The translations under genes were made by a program, and so were the position numbers. Positions 1-13,700 of a DNA stretch of 64,000 bases are shown piece by piece (the first letter of the stretch is position 1; each line of letters opens with the position of its first letter). Under the pieces are notes generated by a model, which worked only from the letters and a program-made list of their open reading frames with translations, was not told the origin of the DNA and ran no database searches. The DNA is taken from contig NW_003314285.1 in assembly GCF_000143415.4 (NCBI RefSeq), forward strand, positions 957,370-1,021,369. The letters are read 5' to 3'. The DNA comes from Selaginella moellendorffii (lineage: Eukaryota; Plantae; Lycopodiophyta).

Positions 1-2278
1 GATGTCGCAGGGTTTACAAGTCATTCCTCCTGTGGGCTGGACGAGCGATTGCGTGGTACATTTTTGGGACTGGTTGAAAAGATATCACATTTTCAGTCTC
101 TTGGTAAGAAGGCAGGCTAAGGTTCGTTTTGCTAATTCTGGTTGAACATGAAGGTGTTAATACGGTTATTGTACGTCCAATTTTCTCTTACGATAGATCT
201 CAAGGTCCCTATTATCCTTTCAGGTATGAAATCTCAAACTGAAATAATTTGATTCGACTTTTCAATGCTTTTCATAGCTTTTTCTCTCCAATGGAAGACT
301 ATGGTTCTGGTAGTAGTAGTCTGGATGCAAGCATCTCCTTCAAGGAAATGGTGAAAGCGCTACACAAAAATGGCATTGAGGTGACGCTGCTCTTTGTTTT
401 GTTTTCTCTAAAGGTTATTTTATGTAGTTGATCTTGGACGTGGTGTATACACACACTTCTGAGAAAGGAGACGAGGATCCGGAAACTGTATCTTTTCGTG
501 GAATTGATAATCAAACTTACTACATTCTTGACAAACAAAAACGGTATGCAAGTCATTTCATTCAAGGTGTTTATAGTTCCGTGTCGTTAAATGCTTAGGA
601 TTTTGCAATCAAAGTTCGGTGCTGCGAACGTTTTCAACTGTAACCATCCTGCGGTACACAAAGTGGTGAGTGTGGATTCCTTTTTGTATTACAGCTTCCT
701 TGTTTTTCAGGTTGTGGATAGTTTACGTTATTGGGTCGAAGAATACCATGTAGACGGATTTTGTTTTGTCAATGCTCGTGATCTCACGAGAGGACCGCAT
801 GGAGAGGAGCTCTCTCGGCCACTTCTTCTCGAAGCTATCACTTTTGATCCCGTCCTTGCATCTACGAAACTGATTGCGGATCCGTACTCACCATTGTCTT
901 CTGTTCCCGAGGTAATTCATGTGTAAGTTTGTTTCTCACTCTGTTTCCTCTGTGTTTTATTCTTCCAGCCTCTCAAGTTTCCACACTGGAAACGGTGGTG
1001 CGAATGCAACATAAACTTTCAAATGGATATGACTAGTTTCTTTCGAGGTGAACAAGGAAAGTTGAGTGATCTCGCAACCAGAATTTGCGGAAGGTATGAT
1101 TAATAACTTTTCAGTAAGATTAAGAAAGTGCTTTCTTTCCAGTGCTGATATGTTTGCAGATGAGCGAGGGCCATCTTTTTCTCTAAACCACATAACGAAT
1201 GCATATGGGTTCTCAAGGCTATCAGATTCAACATCTAACAGGTTAGAAGAAACATGATATGCTTTCAGAGGACTGATAAATTATGTTACAATCAACAGTG
1301 AAAATGCGTGTGTGTCTCAGAAAACAAGGTAAGCATTGTTTTCGTTGTGTGTGTTTGAACTAACGTTCTTAGCAGCAAAACGGAGCCAAATGTCGAACTT
1401 CAGGTATTTTAGACCCCGAAAATTGATTGTGCCTCATTTCCTACTCCTTTGCAGCTCCACAATCTTCTTGTTACACAATTCTTGTCGCGAGGGACCCCCG
1501 TCTTAAATATGGGAGATGAATATGGACTTTTAGACGACGGCAAGGCTATGTAAGACTGTTTGTTTTTAGAGCAGTTCTTTATCTAACACAAAATGTTAGA
1601 CAATTTGACTGGCAGAAGCTAGCCTCCGCAACGCACACAGTTAATCTTATTTCATCTCTTTCTTTATTGCGAAGTCAACACGAGAGCCTATTACAGGTTT
1701 TAACATATGGCACGCGATCTCAATATCCCATCTGTGTTTTTACTTGTGGCAGAAGAACAAGTACGTAAGTTCAGAAATGATCACATGGCACGGAGCAACA
1801 TATGAGGAAGAACCTCTATGGACTGATCCAAACAGGTACAGTTCGTATATTTCGGAAAACTAACCTTGACAAATTCACTTGCAGTAAATTTCTCGCTGTC
1901 ACTCTGGAAGACAATGATACTGGTGATCTCTGCATAGCTTTCAATGCAAGAGATGATGTCGTTGAATTGACTCTCACAGAAGAAGCAACATGGTATGCTA
2001 AGCTTGATCTTAGAATAAATCCCTCATTGTTTGTGTGTTTTGTTATTGCAGGCTTAGAATCATAGACACCACCTTACCTTACCCAGAAACTATTGTTCTT
2101 AATGGAGCAGAACTAAGGTTGCCAGTTTCTGTAGTTACTTTCTCAAAGCATCTCACATTTTGTTTTCTTCAGCTCCGAAGCCGGCACCTCCAACGCCGGT
2201 GCCTCCTACAGTGTACAGCCATTCAGTGTTGTGGTGCTACGAGCAGGAAAATGCCAAGAACTAAAAGACCAAACTTGA
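1..2278 (+). CDS. ISA2: Isoamylase 2-like (GH13 debranching, non-catalytic subunit), multi-exon, 5' part outside window
   Basis: Spliced reading gives [46 protein letters not shown] (ISA1 has GFRFDLA), LIADP, FPHWKRW; many ~40-60 nt GT-AG introns; last exon ends TGA 2276-2278. Confidence 0.85.
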
Positions 2279-2674
2279 GTGACTAGAAAGCTATGAATGG
2301 GATTTTTGGTTTGAGGCCTTTGCGACTTTAGAATCCTTTTGACAAACCATATGATTCCAATTCACAACATTAAGCCCATACCATATCTGTTTGAATTTAC
2401 AGTCCACTTGGGCCGAACTTAAGAGCATGCCCACTTGAATCTACTTTTCTCCCTTACACACTCTCACTCATCTTCAATCTTTTGGTAATATTTACCTGCT
2501 AGAAGTGAAGGATAGAGGATGTGAGTCTCCGTCAACTTTTTCAGAATGACACTCATACACAGACGAAGAAAAGAAAGAAGACGAGAAGTATCAAACTTTT
2601 GCAAGCTTTTAATTTAATCAATAACTTCATAATTATAAAATACGTTGAGATCGCGTATAGTTATTCCATTGCTA

Positions 2675-3208
2675 TCACTCAAATGGAGGCCAGAAGACGT
2701 TCAAATCTACGCTGTAAGTCGTGTTGGTCGTCCTTATATCAACAGGAGTACTGCTCGCGAATCCCTGTGCAAAGAGAAAATCACCAGTTCCACCAGAGAT
2801 TGGAGCAACATCCTTCTTGGTGGGATCAATCTCGGAAGAAAACGTGAGCGTTCCCTTGTATTTCCCTTCGGTGAGCCGGATGGTGAACGCCCAGCAAGTG
2901 CTAAGCCCATCCAGCTTACACACACTGCCAGTCCCACGGATTGATCCAATTACCTTGGAGTTAAAGTCCGGGGTCACGGTAACGGGGTCGTCAAACACGA
3001 TCATCGTGCCGTACGGGCCGCTGACCGGCGTGATCCCGGTCCCAATGTTTGTGAGGCCCAAGATGAGGATGAAATCGGTGACGTTGAGCCGGTCTTGCCA
3101 GAAGATTTGGAATTTGTCCGAAGTATATCCCTTGGGAACCTTGCAAGCCACAACACAGAGAGCAATGCTAAGGAGGATTATGAAAGAAATGCTTGAGATC
3201 TTTGCCAT
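2675..3208 (-). CDS. Dirigent-like secreted protein, single exon, 177 aa
   Basis: Hydrophobic signal peptide; YGTMIVFDDPVT..SKVIG and PISGGTGDFLFAQG dirigent motifs. Confidence 0.88.
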   Translation of the reverse strand: MAKISSISFIILLSIALCVVACKVPKGYTSDKFQIFWQDRLNVTDFILILGLTNIGTGITPVSGPYGTMIVFDDPVTVTPDFNSKVIGSIRGTGSVCKLDGLSTCWAFTIRLTEGKYKGTLTFSSEIDPTKKDVAPISGGTGDFLFAQGFASSTPVDIRTTNTTYSVDLNVFWPPFE

Positions 3209-3786
3209 CTCTTCCTTGTTTTTCTACGAGCTGAGAGATCAAAGCCTGGATTGGATTTCTAGCTTGGGACCTTGGAGATATTAATATGCGGTAGAAATTC
3301 CTTTGACAAACATATGGTTCCAATTATCATAGGAATCAAATTATGATTCAAAGGTGACCAGAAACATGGGACTAAAGAACAATTAGCAAGCTTCCATGTG
3401 TAGATAAGAAGATGCCAAAAGCATATTTTCGAACGTGATATTTTTACCCTTTTACCCTTGCCTCGCTGGCATCATCTGGATCGTTGGATCCCAGCGCTTT
3501 GGACATTAGGGATTGCGTTTAGTCTCTGTGGAGGGGGCGAGAGCTTCAAGCGGTCGGGCGCGCGCTCGCTCGCTCGCTCGCTCGGTCGAGCGGATCGGCT
3601 AGTCCTAGCTCGTCAGGTTTCTCTGTTGCCGATCCGGATTCTCGGCTCTGGGGTTTGATATTCTCCTCTTTGATCGCTCCGGCACCCCACGCATTGTACT
3701 GTTTCTTCCTTGTCGTCTCCTTCTCTCTCGCGTGCTGGCTTTGGCGAGGCTGCATTTTGATTTCTCCTGTGTGCTCGCCAGGAATC

Positions 3787-5215
3787 ATGGCATCGGCGAT
3801 GCTTGGGAGCTGCTGCGCGACACTCCCGTGCAAAATTTCCGCCAGGCAGCAGCTCTTCCTCCACGAATTACGCGGCCGACGCAGCTGGAGTCCTCCCAGG
3901 CTCGGTCAGTTCTTGAATTTGTCGACGAATCGAAGGTGTGTAGCTCCTTTTTTTCCAAGTAAGGTTCTACTGGATTGTCTTCTTTCAGGATTTACTGTGC
4001 GCTATCAAGTGAATCCACGACAACAAAAAAGGTGAATAGCTCGATCTTATCTTCTCGAAGTAAGACTCAAGGCTTAAGCATGCTTTCCAGGAAGTTGAAG
4101 AGGAGGAAGTTCCATTGCCTATTGTTGTAATCGACCAGGATGCTGATCCTCACACCACTGTTGTCGAAGTTAGCTTTGGCGATCGGCTTGGGGCACTGCT
4201 TGACACGGTGAGTGTCATCTCTTAATTTTTCTATAACAGAGAAGTAAGCGTTTCTTCCTTTGTTCAGATGAAATCGCTGCGAGATCTTGGATTAACTGTG
4301 GTCAAGGGGAACGTAAAGATGGTTGGAAATACCAGGCGCAACAGGTTCTCCATCACACGCGCGTAAGCTACTTAAAGTCCCATTTTTCTTGAGTTGGATG
4401 GTTATTTCGTCTTAGATACGACGTTCGAGCGGTGCTTTCAGGGATTATAGAGAGATTTGGATTTGGATGCTTCCAATTTGATCGCTCATCCTTGCTTTGG
4501 CAGGGATAATGGTCGGAAGGTTGAGGATCCCGAGCTGCTGGAGTCCATTCGCCTGACGATTATTGACAACCTCTTGAAGTACCATCCAGTATGGCGATTT
4601 CGTTTTCTCTTTTCTTTGAAGATTTCATTTGATGTTTGTGCAGGAGTCGAGTGCTCGATTAGCCATGGGAGAAGCTTTCGGCATTAAACCACCGAAGAAG
4701 GTATAGTCTACTTGGATTTCCTGTATGCATTCGAAACTCTGGCTATCGGCTGCAGCAAGAGATTCAAACTTTTATCACCATCAAAGAAGATGGTTCAGAT
4801 AAAAGGTTAGAAGATGAAGCTCATCTTGATTATTTTGTTTTACGTTCGCGTTTGTTCTCTTCTTTGTGCTGCAGCTTACTGACAATTGAGACCGCAGATA
4901 AACCTGGTCTCATGATTGAGATTCTCAAAATCATCAATGATATTAGCGTGTCTGTCGAATCAGCTGAAATGGATACTGAGGTACACTCTCTTATACAGAT
5001 CTCATCATGCATCATACTTTTTCGTTCATCCAGGGTCTAATTGCGAAAGACAAGTTTCATGTTAGCTATGGAGGGAAAGCTCTGAGCAAATCGCTGTCCC
5101 AGGTATGCAAGTAGTTTCATACTTTCTTCCTTTCCTTAATTCAACATCATCACAGGTTTTAACCAATTGCTTGAGGTACTACCTCAGAAGGCCCGTGGAA
5201 GAGGAGAGCTACTAA
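3787..5215 (+). CDS. Plastid ACT-domain repeat protein, ACR11/ACR12 type, ~10 exons
   Basis: Transit-peptide-like N-terminus; [79 protein letters not shown]; canonical introns. Confidence 0.88.
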
Positions 5216-5527
5216 AGTTACTATAAATCCTTCTCCACAACATATAGCTATATATCAAAACCTCACTCCGTCCTAGTACGAGACATGCTTGCAAGCCGGG
5301 GGATTCTCTTCATAAACTCCGCAGCAAGTGTCCAAGATATCAAAGCTAATGGTATCAATGAAATTGCCAAAAAATAAAGCCTTGGCTTCATCCAGGTTCG
5401 AACTGGAGACCTTCAGTGTGTTAGACTGACGTGATGACCAACTACACCATGAAACCAATGTGCTCTTTGTTGGAAAGACAATATTTAAATTTGAGTTTTG
5501 GCAGGTTTTTGTCATTCTCATGACTAA

Positions 5528-5609
5528 GTTGCTTTGGCCGAGTGGTTAAGGCGTGTGCCTGCTAAGTACATGGGGTTTTCCCGCGAGAGTTCGAATCTCT
5601 CAGGCAACA
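5528..5609 (+). tRNA. tRNA-Ser(GCT)
   Basis: Acceptor stem GTTGCTT/AGGCAAC, A-box TGGCCGAGTGG, anticodon loop CTGCTAA, long variable arm, GTTCGAATC T-loop, TTTT terminator directly after. Confidence 0.93.
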
Positions 5610-5729
5610 TTTTCGAAATTAAAATATTCTACACTTGCTTTAATTCAAAGTAAAACCAACACGATCGTCGAAGCGAAGCTCCATGATTCTTATATAGCGG
5701 TTTTGATGAAAGAAGATTTCACCACGATC

Positions 5730-8128
5730 ATGGGCAAGCTAAAGAATTTGATCCAAACGATCGCTAGATTATGCGAGAAGGTAGGATAGGCTAGCATTTG
5801 TATCAACGCGTTGTCGAAAGATGGAAAGAAGCGTGTAGAAACACTGTCGAACGTTTCAAAAGGCTATAGCTAGAAATGCGGTATTAGGTCTTGCTCATTT
5901 CTTCCCTCTTTTCCTCCAGGAAGAACAAGGCGCGCCGAGGAGGAAGAAGCTCGAGGCGATCAAGCTGGCCGCGCACAGGATTCTCGATCGCCTCCTCCGC
6001 AAGCTCCACCTCGATCCGTATTCTTCCACTGGCGAGGTGAGAGAAATCTAGCGCGTTATTTCGATCGGTATTTCACCAGGATTTCGCCCGGCAGACCGAG
6101 GAATCGCTGATGTCGGCGATATTCGATCACCACCGCCACGCATCGGAGCTCTTCGCATCGGTCCCCAACACCGCGGCTGGAGATCCATCAAATTTCTGGA
6201 GCGAGGAGCTCAAGAAAGCCCCATTCCCGACCAACTCCTTCTGGCTCAACTACGTTCTCAAGGATGGATCACAGCCAGAGTACATTCATCCATACCTTGT
6301 TCAGTCCAAGCCAGGCGCCTTCACGATCTGCTATCCAGCCAGGATCGTTTCTCCAGCCTTCATCATCCAGGCATTCACGCAGGACATCACAATTTCTCAT
6401 GGCCGAGGCAACGTCCCACACGTCATCTCACACTACGACGATCTTTCGGTAACGCTGGAAGTTCCAGGCAAGCGGCTCAAGGTTCCTCTAGTTCGTGGAA
6501 GTCCATACGTGACGCTGGTTTTCAAGGGTGGCATCTCTAGCTCCAACTATGAACCGGTGACCATCTCAACGATTCATGCCATCTTGGAGCTCACATCAAG
6601 CCCCGACAATACCAAGCATCGCCTAGTTCTCAACAACAGGCAGACTTGGTGCATCTACTCTAGCTCGGCTATGGAGATTTTCAAGGATGGAGTGTCGGCT
6701 GTGCGAAGCAAGAGACCTTTCTCGGGTGCTTTGCGGCTGGCGTTGGTTCCTCGTCCTGAAAGCGAAGGGGTCCTGGACACTTTCAGTGGAAGATATCCCG
6801 TGAGAGGGCATGCCACCTTTGACAGGCCTTTCAGCATGGGCTTCGAGTGGAAGAGCCGCGGAAGGGGAGAGCTTCTCATGCTGTGCTTACCGATGCACAA
6901 GGAGATAATGGCTTCTCCAAGCCTGTCAACCTGCCGGGTGTCGAATCTCGTCTACTCCAGCATCGATGGAAGCTTGGAAGGCGTCGTGGGTGACAAGTGG
7001 TCGCTGGAGCCGAGGTCGGTTTCGTCTGCGTGGTACTCGGATTGTGGCATTTCGGACAGCTTCGCTCGCGATCAGATCAAGCACGCCTTGGACAGAGATG
7101 TACACGAGCTCTCGCAGATTACTACCAACTCGAGCTACTTTTACGGCAAGGCCGCTGCTCGAGCTGCAAGGATGGCGCTCATAGCCGAGGAAGTTGGCCA
7201 CTATGGAGTGATACCGAAGCTGAGAAGCTTTCTCGACGAGGCCGTCACGCCATGGCTCGACGGGAGCTTTGCGAGAAACGGGATAGTCTTTGATGCAAAG
7301 TGGGGGGGTCTGGTGAGCCGGGAGGGAGCCAGAGATCCGGGGGCCGACTTTGGAAATGGAGTCTACAACGATCATCACTACCACTGGGGTTACTTCGTCT
7401 ACGCTGGAGCTGTTCTTGCCAAGATCGACAATGCCTGGGCCAGGAAGTACCGTGACCACATCTACACTCTGGTGGGAGACTACATGACTTTTAGGAAGGA
7501 AGGCTCGAACTTTCCAAGGCTGCGGTGCTTCGACCTGTGGCTCATGCATTCCTGGGCTGGGGGTCTGACGGAATTCGCGGATGGTCGCAACCAGGAAAGC
7601 ACCAGCGAGGCTGTGAATGCGTACTACTCGGCGGCGCTGCTTGGCATGGCTTTCGGGGACGTGGGACTCATCAACCACGGTCTCACACTCGCAGCTCTGG
7701 AGATTCATGCAGCGAAATCACTCTGGTTCATCCCTTCCAGCTCCGATTCTTCGATCTACGAGGAGGAGTTTGCGAGAGACAACCGGGTCATCGGAGTTTT
7801 ATGGGCCAACAAGAGAGACACAGGACTGTGGTTTGCTCCAGCCGAGAGCAGGGAATGCAGGGTTGGGATCCAGGTTCTTCCTCTCACTCCCATCACCGAG
7901 AAGCTGTTCGACGACAAAGGTTTTGTCCGGGAAGTTGTGCAGTGGACATGGCCGAGAGTGGAGCTCGCAGATGTTGCAGATGGATGGAAGGGATTTGCCT
8001 ATGCTCTTGAGGCAGTCTCTGGGGATTCAAAGGCGGCTCTCAAGAACACTCTGGCACTCAAAGGACATGACGATGGAAACTCGCTCTCAAATATGCTCTG
8101 GTGGATATCTACTCGCCCGCCGTGCTAG
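5730..8128 (+). CDS. GH81 endo-1,3(4)-beta-glucanase / beta-glucan-binding protein; main exon from ~6080/6095 to 8128, probable upstream exons 5730-5780 and 5920-6036
   Basis: 672-aa ORF with PFPTNSFW, DFGNGVYNDHHYHWGY, HSWAGG, DGRNQESTSEAVNAYY; upstream exons join in phase 0 at GT-AG sites. Confidence 0.92.
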
Positions 8129-9419
8129 ACACTACTATAGTCAACGTTATATATGCAAGTAATATTCTGTATTTTATGCTGGTTTGGATTACATTTTCAA
8201 CTCCAAAAAGTTTCCATTATAGGACAGCTTCACTCTAACCACTTGTGAATAACTATGGTAATTGATTTTTGAAGGTAACACACTTGAGGGATGGATGATT
8301 ATGGCAATTTTTTTGAAGTTTGATGCTATTAAGGATGGTTCAAATTTGAATTGAGTTCATGAATTAAGCTCAATTTAGCTCAAGTCAATGCTAGACCATA
8401 AATTTTATAAAGACATGTCAAGTTAGAAAAATGTTATTCTTAGGTGAATTTAAAATTCATGAATTTAATTGTCAATGGCTCAAAGAAATTTTTATTTTTT
8501 GAATTTTTATAATGCAACCTATACAATAAAATATTGATTGAGTAGTTTCTAGAATTAAAAGTTCATTTGAACCCATAGAAATTTTTAGGTTTTTTTAGTC
8601 CTAAATAAAAATGGGAATATTGAAGTTCACATGAACTTAAAATTTCTATTGTACATTTCAACATTTTAACATTTCAAAAATTGACAAAAAATTATATGAA
8701 TAATTCAAAACACTAATTCACTCATTCATTCTTTAGGGTTTTACAGAGATGGAAAGTAAAAAAGACAAAAAACTTGTAAGTAGTTCTAGCATACAGAAAT
8801 ATGAGAATGTTAATTTTGTTTCACTACTACAATCTTCATATTACATTCTTGATCCTTACTACTCATCCAAGAATGTAAAGACCATAGTCATTATTGATAA
8901 AAATGATTTTATTATTTTTGAAATAATAGTCCAAAATAAGAGAAAAGAAGAAATGAACAGCATAGCAAAAAGCATTATGGCTTTTGTAATCTACTAAAAT
9001 ATTACAAAGAAAATTAAGTTTTTTTATATATATCCTATTCCTTTTGATATATTGTATCTTTGTAAGGAGTATAAATATGTAGTATATATGATGTGGATGA
9101 ATCAAAAAGTCAAATTTATATATGTTTTCAAGATTGAAAGGTAATCTTGTAAAAAAGCATGCTTACATACTTGTGTGCATTTGCCATTATTATATATGGC
9201 ATGCCAACTATATAAAATAGGCTACATATTAATTATGTGTTAGTTTTGGAACCCTATAACCACTTGTCTCTAATAGTAGGTTGTAATTACCGAGATTGAC
9301 AATTATGATTCAATATATTGCTATGTTATAATAAAATGTTATTCCCAAGATTGAAATATAGTATATTAATCAAAGAATTTTTATTGTTGGAAAGTTTAAT
9401 TCTTTTTGTGTGTTGTAAT

Positions 9420-10754
9420 GGTTCAAAAGAAGTTTACTTTTGGTCCCAGAGGCCTCTTATATGCCACCTCCATCTCCAAGCTCGTTTAATAATCCACATT
9501 CATCTTTACGCAACAATCCTCCTCTTCATTTTGAGGGGTGTTATGAAGTTTTTCCATTTACAATCTTGAGTGCAACTAAATAAAAGTTCCTTTTTTATAA
9601 TGTTGTTGAAAGAGTTAAATTGTCTCTAATACTCCAAAAGTGATATCAACATTTTCTTCAAGATCTTGCTTTAGATATGGCAAGAGTGTTTGATGTAGAT
9701 ACATATTATCTTTGGTGTCTTATATGCTACTTTTATTTGAACAAAACAAATGGTTGCATGGGTTTGGTAATTTTTCTTGAGCACTGTTGCAAATGCCCAA
9801 GAGTAGGTTTAGAAGGCATGCACATGTGGATGTACAAGAAAATCAAGAAAGAATTAAAAACACACAGCTATTATGATTTCATAGTGAAAAATAATATTCC
9901 ATTATAAACATTGCATCAATGAGTGCTAAATATAGGATACTTAAGCCACCCTTTAATATAATGTGAAAGTTATGTATAGTTTCTTCAAAATTTTAGTTCA
10001 TTATAAGTAAAGTGGAGAATTTTATATTTTTGAGAATGATAGTATTCTAGCATATATAAAGACATTATTATATATACAAGTGGTTTTGATATTATTATAA
10101 ATTTGAGGTCCCATTTTCAAGACTAATAATTTAAACTTTCAAAAATCCCTAGATCTTTCCTTAGTATAAATACCAACAAGAGATGCTTTTAATATTGAAA
10201 ATTCAGTTTATTTAAAGTGTAAAAATGGCTAGAGAGAATGTTATTGCTACTCGCACTTGGCCCTATGCATTTTATATGAATTTCCACTTCCATCTCCAAC
10301 TTCTACCAACATTCCACCTTTCCTTCCACATAATAATTGTTGTGAGGCTCTTCCTTTTGTAGCCTCAAGTGTGATTGAACAAGAGATCCCTCTTCTAGAG
10401 AATAGAGATGGATTGCCTCATGTGTTTCAAAAACAATGTTAGATGTTTTTTTGAGATCTTGTGTCAGATATGGTTGAAATTCTTAAAAGAATGAACACAT
10501 ATTATCTTTAGTGTCCCATATGCTACTTTTATTTAGATAAAATAGAAGGTTGCATGGGATGGGAAATTTTTTTAGAACACTGTCATAACTGCCCAAGAAT
10601 TGGTGTAGAAGGTGTGCATACATGGATTTATAGGAAAATCAAGAAAAAGCTAAGAACACACAACCATTATCACTTTATAGTGGGGAATAATATTCTGTTA
10701 ATAAATATTACATTCACAAGTGTTGAATATGGTATTTTTAGGCCACCCTACTAA
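9420..10754 (+). pseudogene. Two tandem decayed copies of a small C2HC zinc-finger-like ORF (~9420-9960, ~10257-10754)
   Basis: CPICY..DK..GCMG...FLEHCHxCP..G.EGVHTW.YKKIKK.L recurs here and at 21730-22776. Confidence 0.5.
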
Positions 10755-10765
10755 AATTATAGCTA

Positions 10766-13700
10766 CTAATAAAACTTATATTCTTCAATTGCAAATACCA
10801 ATCTATTAGAGTCATGTGCTGCCTTGACTATTGAACCACTACCTACTGTACAATCGATGACAACACCCTTAGTTGGGTAATAAAGCTCAAATAGGACATG
10901 CATTGCTTATGAAAATTGGAACCGATACCCAGACAATGTGTTGCGAATATCATTGCCTACGAGATTTGACATGATGTTAGTAGAGCTATCATACCTTGAC
11001 AAAACCTATGTAATACACACACTATCACAAAAACCTTCATTTTCTCTTCTGTAGAACATATGGTAAGTCCACATCATAACCTAAATAATAGAACTTTTAG
11101 AGACAACACAAAAACACAAGATGATTTCTTACCTTCTCTAACATATCTAGGGTACCTTTGGTTGTAACCCCAACACTATTCATGATGCACCCAGAAGAGA
11201 ACCTTTTGAAGTTAACTCATGTTGTATACCTCATGAGGTAAGACATCCAATTGGGGCTATTCGAGAGAATGAAAACAACTTGACTAGTTGTGTGAAGGAG
11301 AACCAGAAGGAATGCATCCTTTAAGTAGTCTTTAGTTGGGATGTTCTAGCTTGGGACATCACCATCAACGTTTGGAAGACCATTTAGCATATAAAAAAGT
11401 ATTAGCATCCTCCTTGAAAGATGCTATCAATGAACTGTAGGAACTAATAAAGATCCCGACTTCACCACGGAATGCCACTAGAGAAACAGGGAAAATCTAG
11501 AGGGAGAAGATGAAGGTAAAATGTGAAATTAAGAAAAATTTATATACCGTTATGTGGCGTGTGGTAGATGTAAGTTCCTCTAGGTCCTCTTCTCGGGCAT
11601 CAAAACGAGCTAGAATGAAGTTACTCCCGATAGTTTTTCCTGCAACCATTTTGAGGAACTAAGAAAAGGAAAGAATTAAGAGAAATATACCTTGAGAAGT
11701 TCCTTGGTTACGGGGACATCTTGGACCATCATCATCACTGTTGACTAATTCCTCCAAATGTGGATTTGCACGCTTTTGTCGAGGTAGAACTTCTTTGACG
11801 TTCTGGTTCTTTTGCTGGACTTCATCTCGAGGAATTTCTTGCAAGTTGTTCTCACCACCATCTTCACTCTCCTCGCTATTGGCACCAACAGCATTGATAT
11901 TCTCATAACCACCATCTTTGTCATCCAACACATCTTCATTATTGCCTCTTGTAGCCTCTTGACGGGCTGGTGTATAGTTTAGCATCTCCAATTCCCAAGG
12001 ACAAATTCATTTTATCGCTATTGAAAACTTCATTGTTGTCAGGTACATGCCTCCATCTCTTATGCCATGCCTCAAGAGTAGATTGCATACCAATGTTTCA
12101 AGAGGAATGCCTCTATATTGGAAAGATCTATAGTAGAATATAAACAAATTGAGTATAGTTAAGAATGGTATGTTACTTGAAAGCCACTCGCTACATGAAA
12201 TAAGGTTGGCCAAACTATTTATCAAATGGAGTCGTGTTTATGGCCTTCTTTGGCAGCCAATCATTTCTGAGTTTTGTAAACTCAGTAATGACAAAGTCCT
12301 TGAATGGAAGTTGCTCAAGATCATCCTCTATGAAAGGCACCAAAAACATCTTCCCTTCATATATAGTTTGTGAAATATAGACGGTCCTCCTCATTATAGT
12401 CTTTATCATATTATCTAAATTTTTTTCTCCTTCCCTAAGTCTACTATTGAGGTAATTTAGAATGTGTATCTATCCTCATATGTAAACTTTGATTTTGAGA
12501 TGCTATAAATAATCTCATCTGAAGTCTTGCCCATTAGGAAACAATCTTTGTGACTAACCTTTAGGTAATGCATACATTGAACCATTCCTTTGGGCACCAA
12601 GGGGCCACATTGAGTAATTTCTTTACCTTTGTCTTTTTTATGATGTTGATTTTCTTGTTAATCATAGTTAAATGCTCTAAGAGTTCTTGATCATATTCAG
12701 CTTGATGTGACTGTGCATATGTGTTCTGCCTAACCTTCACCAATGGCTGAAAACAACACAAATATTTAGTGATAAGAAGTATACTAAGAACATACCTTAC
12801 TCCACACAACTATCATAAAAGCCACTAGATTTCTATACCATCTATTGGCATCTTAACAACCTCGTTGATGCTGAATAAGTGATGCTAAATCATCACCATA
12901 GTGGTTGCAAACTGCATCCTCATTGAGATTGGCAAGAAACTAGATATGCTCAATATCATACACTAGGCTTTGCTTCTGCACCATCCCAGCTTGCAAAACA
13001 TAAATTGTTAAAAGTGATTGAAGAGGGAAAGGTACTTATGCATTAGTTTTGAGGCAAGCTATCACAAGCCTTGCCATATCTAGAGATTCTCTCATGTATA
13101 CATGTCCAACTGGAATATTGATATGATAGATAAGATCATCTCAGAAGCAGTCATTGATGCACTTCATCCACACACACGAGCAATAATTCTCGTCAATAAT
13201 GTAGAACATTTTACTCAAAAGTTGTTAAGTCCTAAGACGGCTCATAAACATGTTGTCAAATTTATGGGACTTCATTTTCCAAATGTCATCCCAAACCCTC
13301 TTGATTTCTGGTGATATCGAGAGGGTATTTGTCATTCCTGGCATGAAGACCTAAACAAGAAACATACCTATGTTTGTCCCAGGGTTTTTATGTTTATAGA
13401 GACTATAGATATCCATGTTGATGAAGTGAGGTAAAGCAGACTGAATGATACTTGTTTGAGTGAATCGACATAGTGGAATCTTTCGGATCATGTCTCCCAA
13501 GCTTTCCCACTTGCTAGAATCATGTGAATAGCATTATCTTTGGTTCTTAAAATTGTCTCCTAGAAGCACTTGTTCACAACATATTCAAGTAGCTCCACTT
13601 CTCTTTTAGCTTCAGCAACACTTCCAATAGCACCATTATCAGATCTAGCCCCCAACTTGGGCCCAACACCCACCTCAGGCACACTTGGGCACTACTCCGT

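Noticed and set aside
6926-7708. 260-aa antisense ORF and other overlapping ORFs in GH81 and the dirigent gene
   Set aside because: Shadow ORFs of GC-rich coding sequence with no motifs
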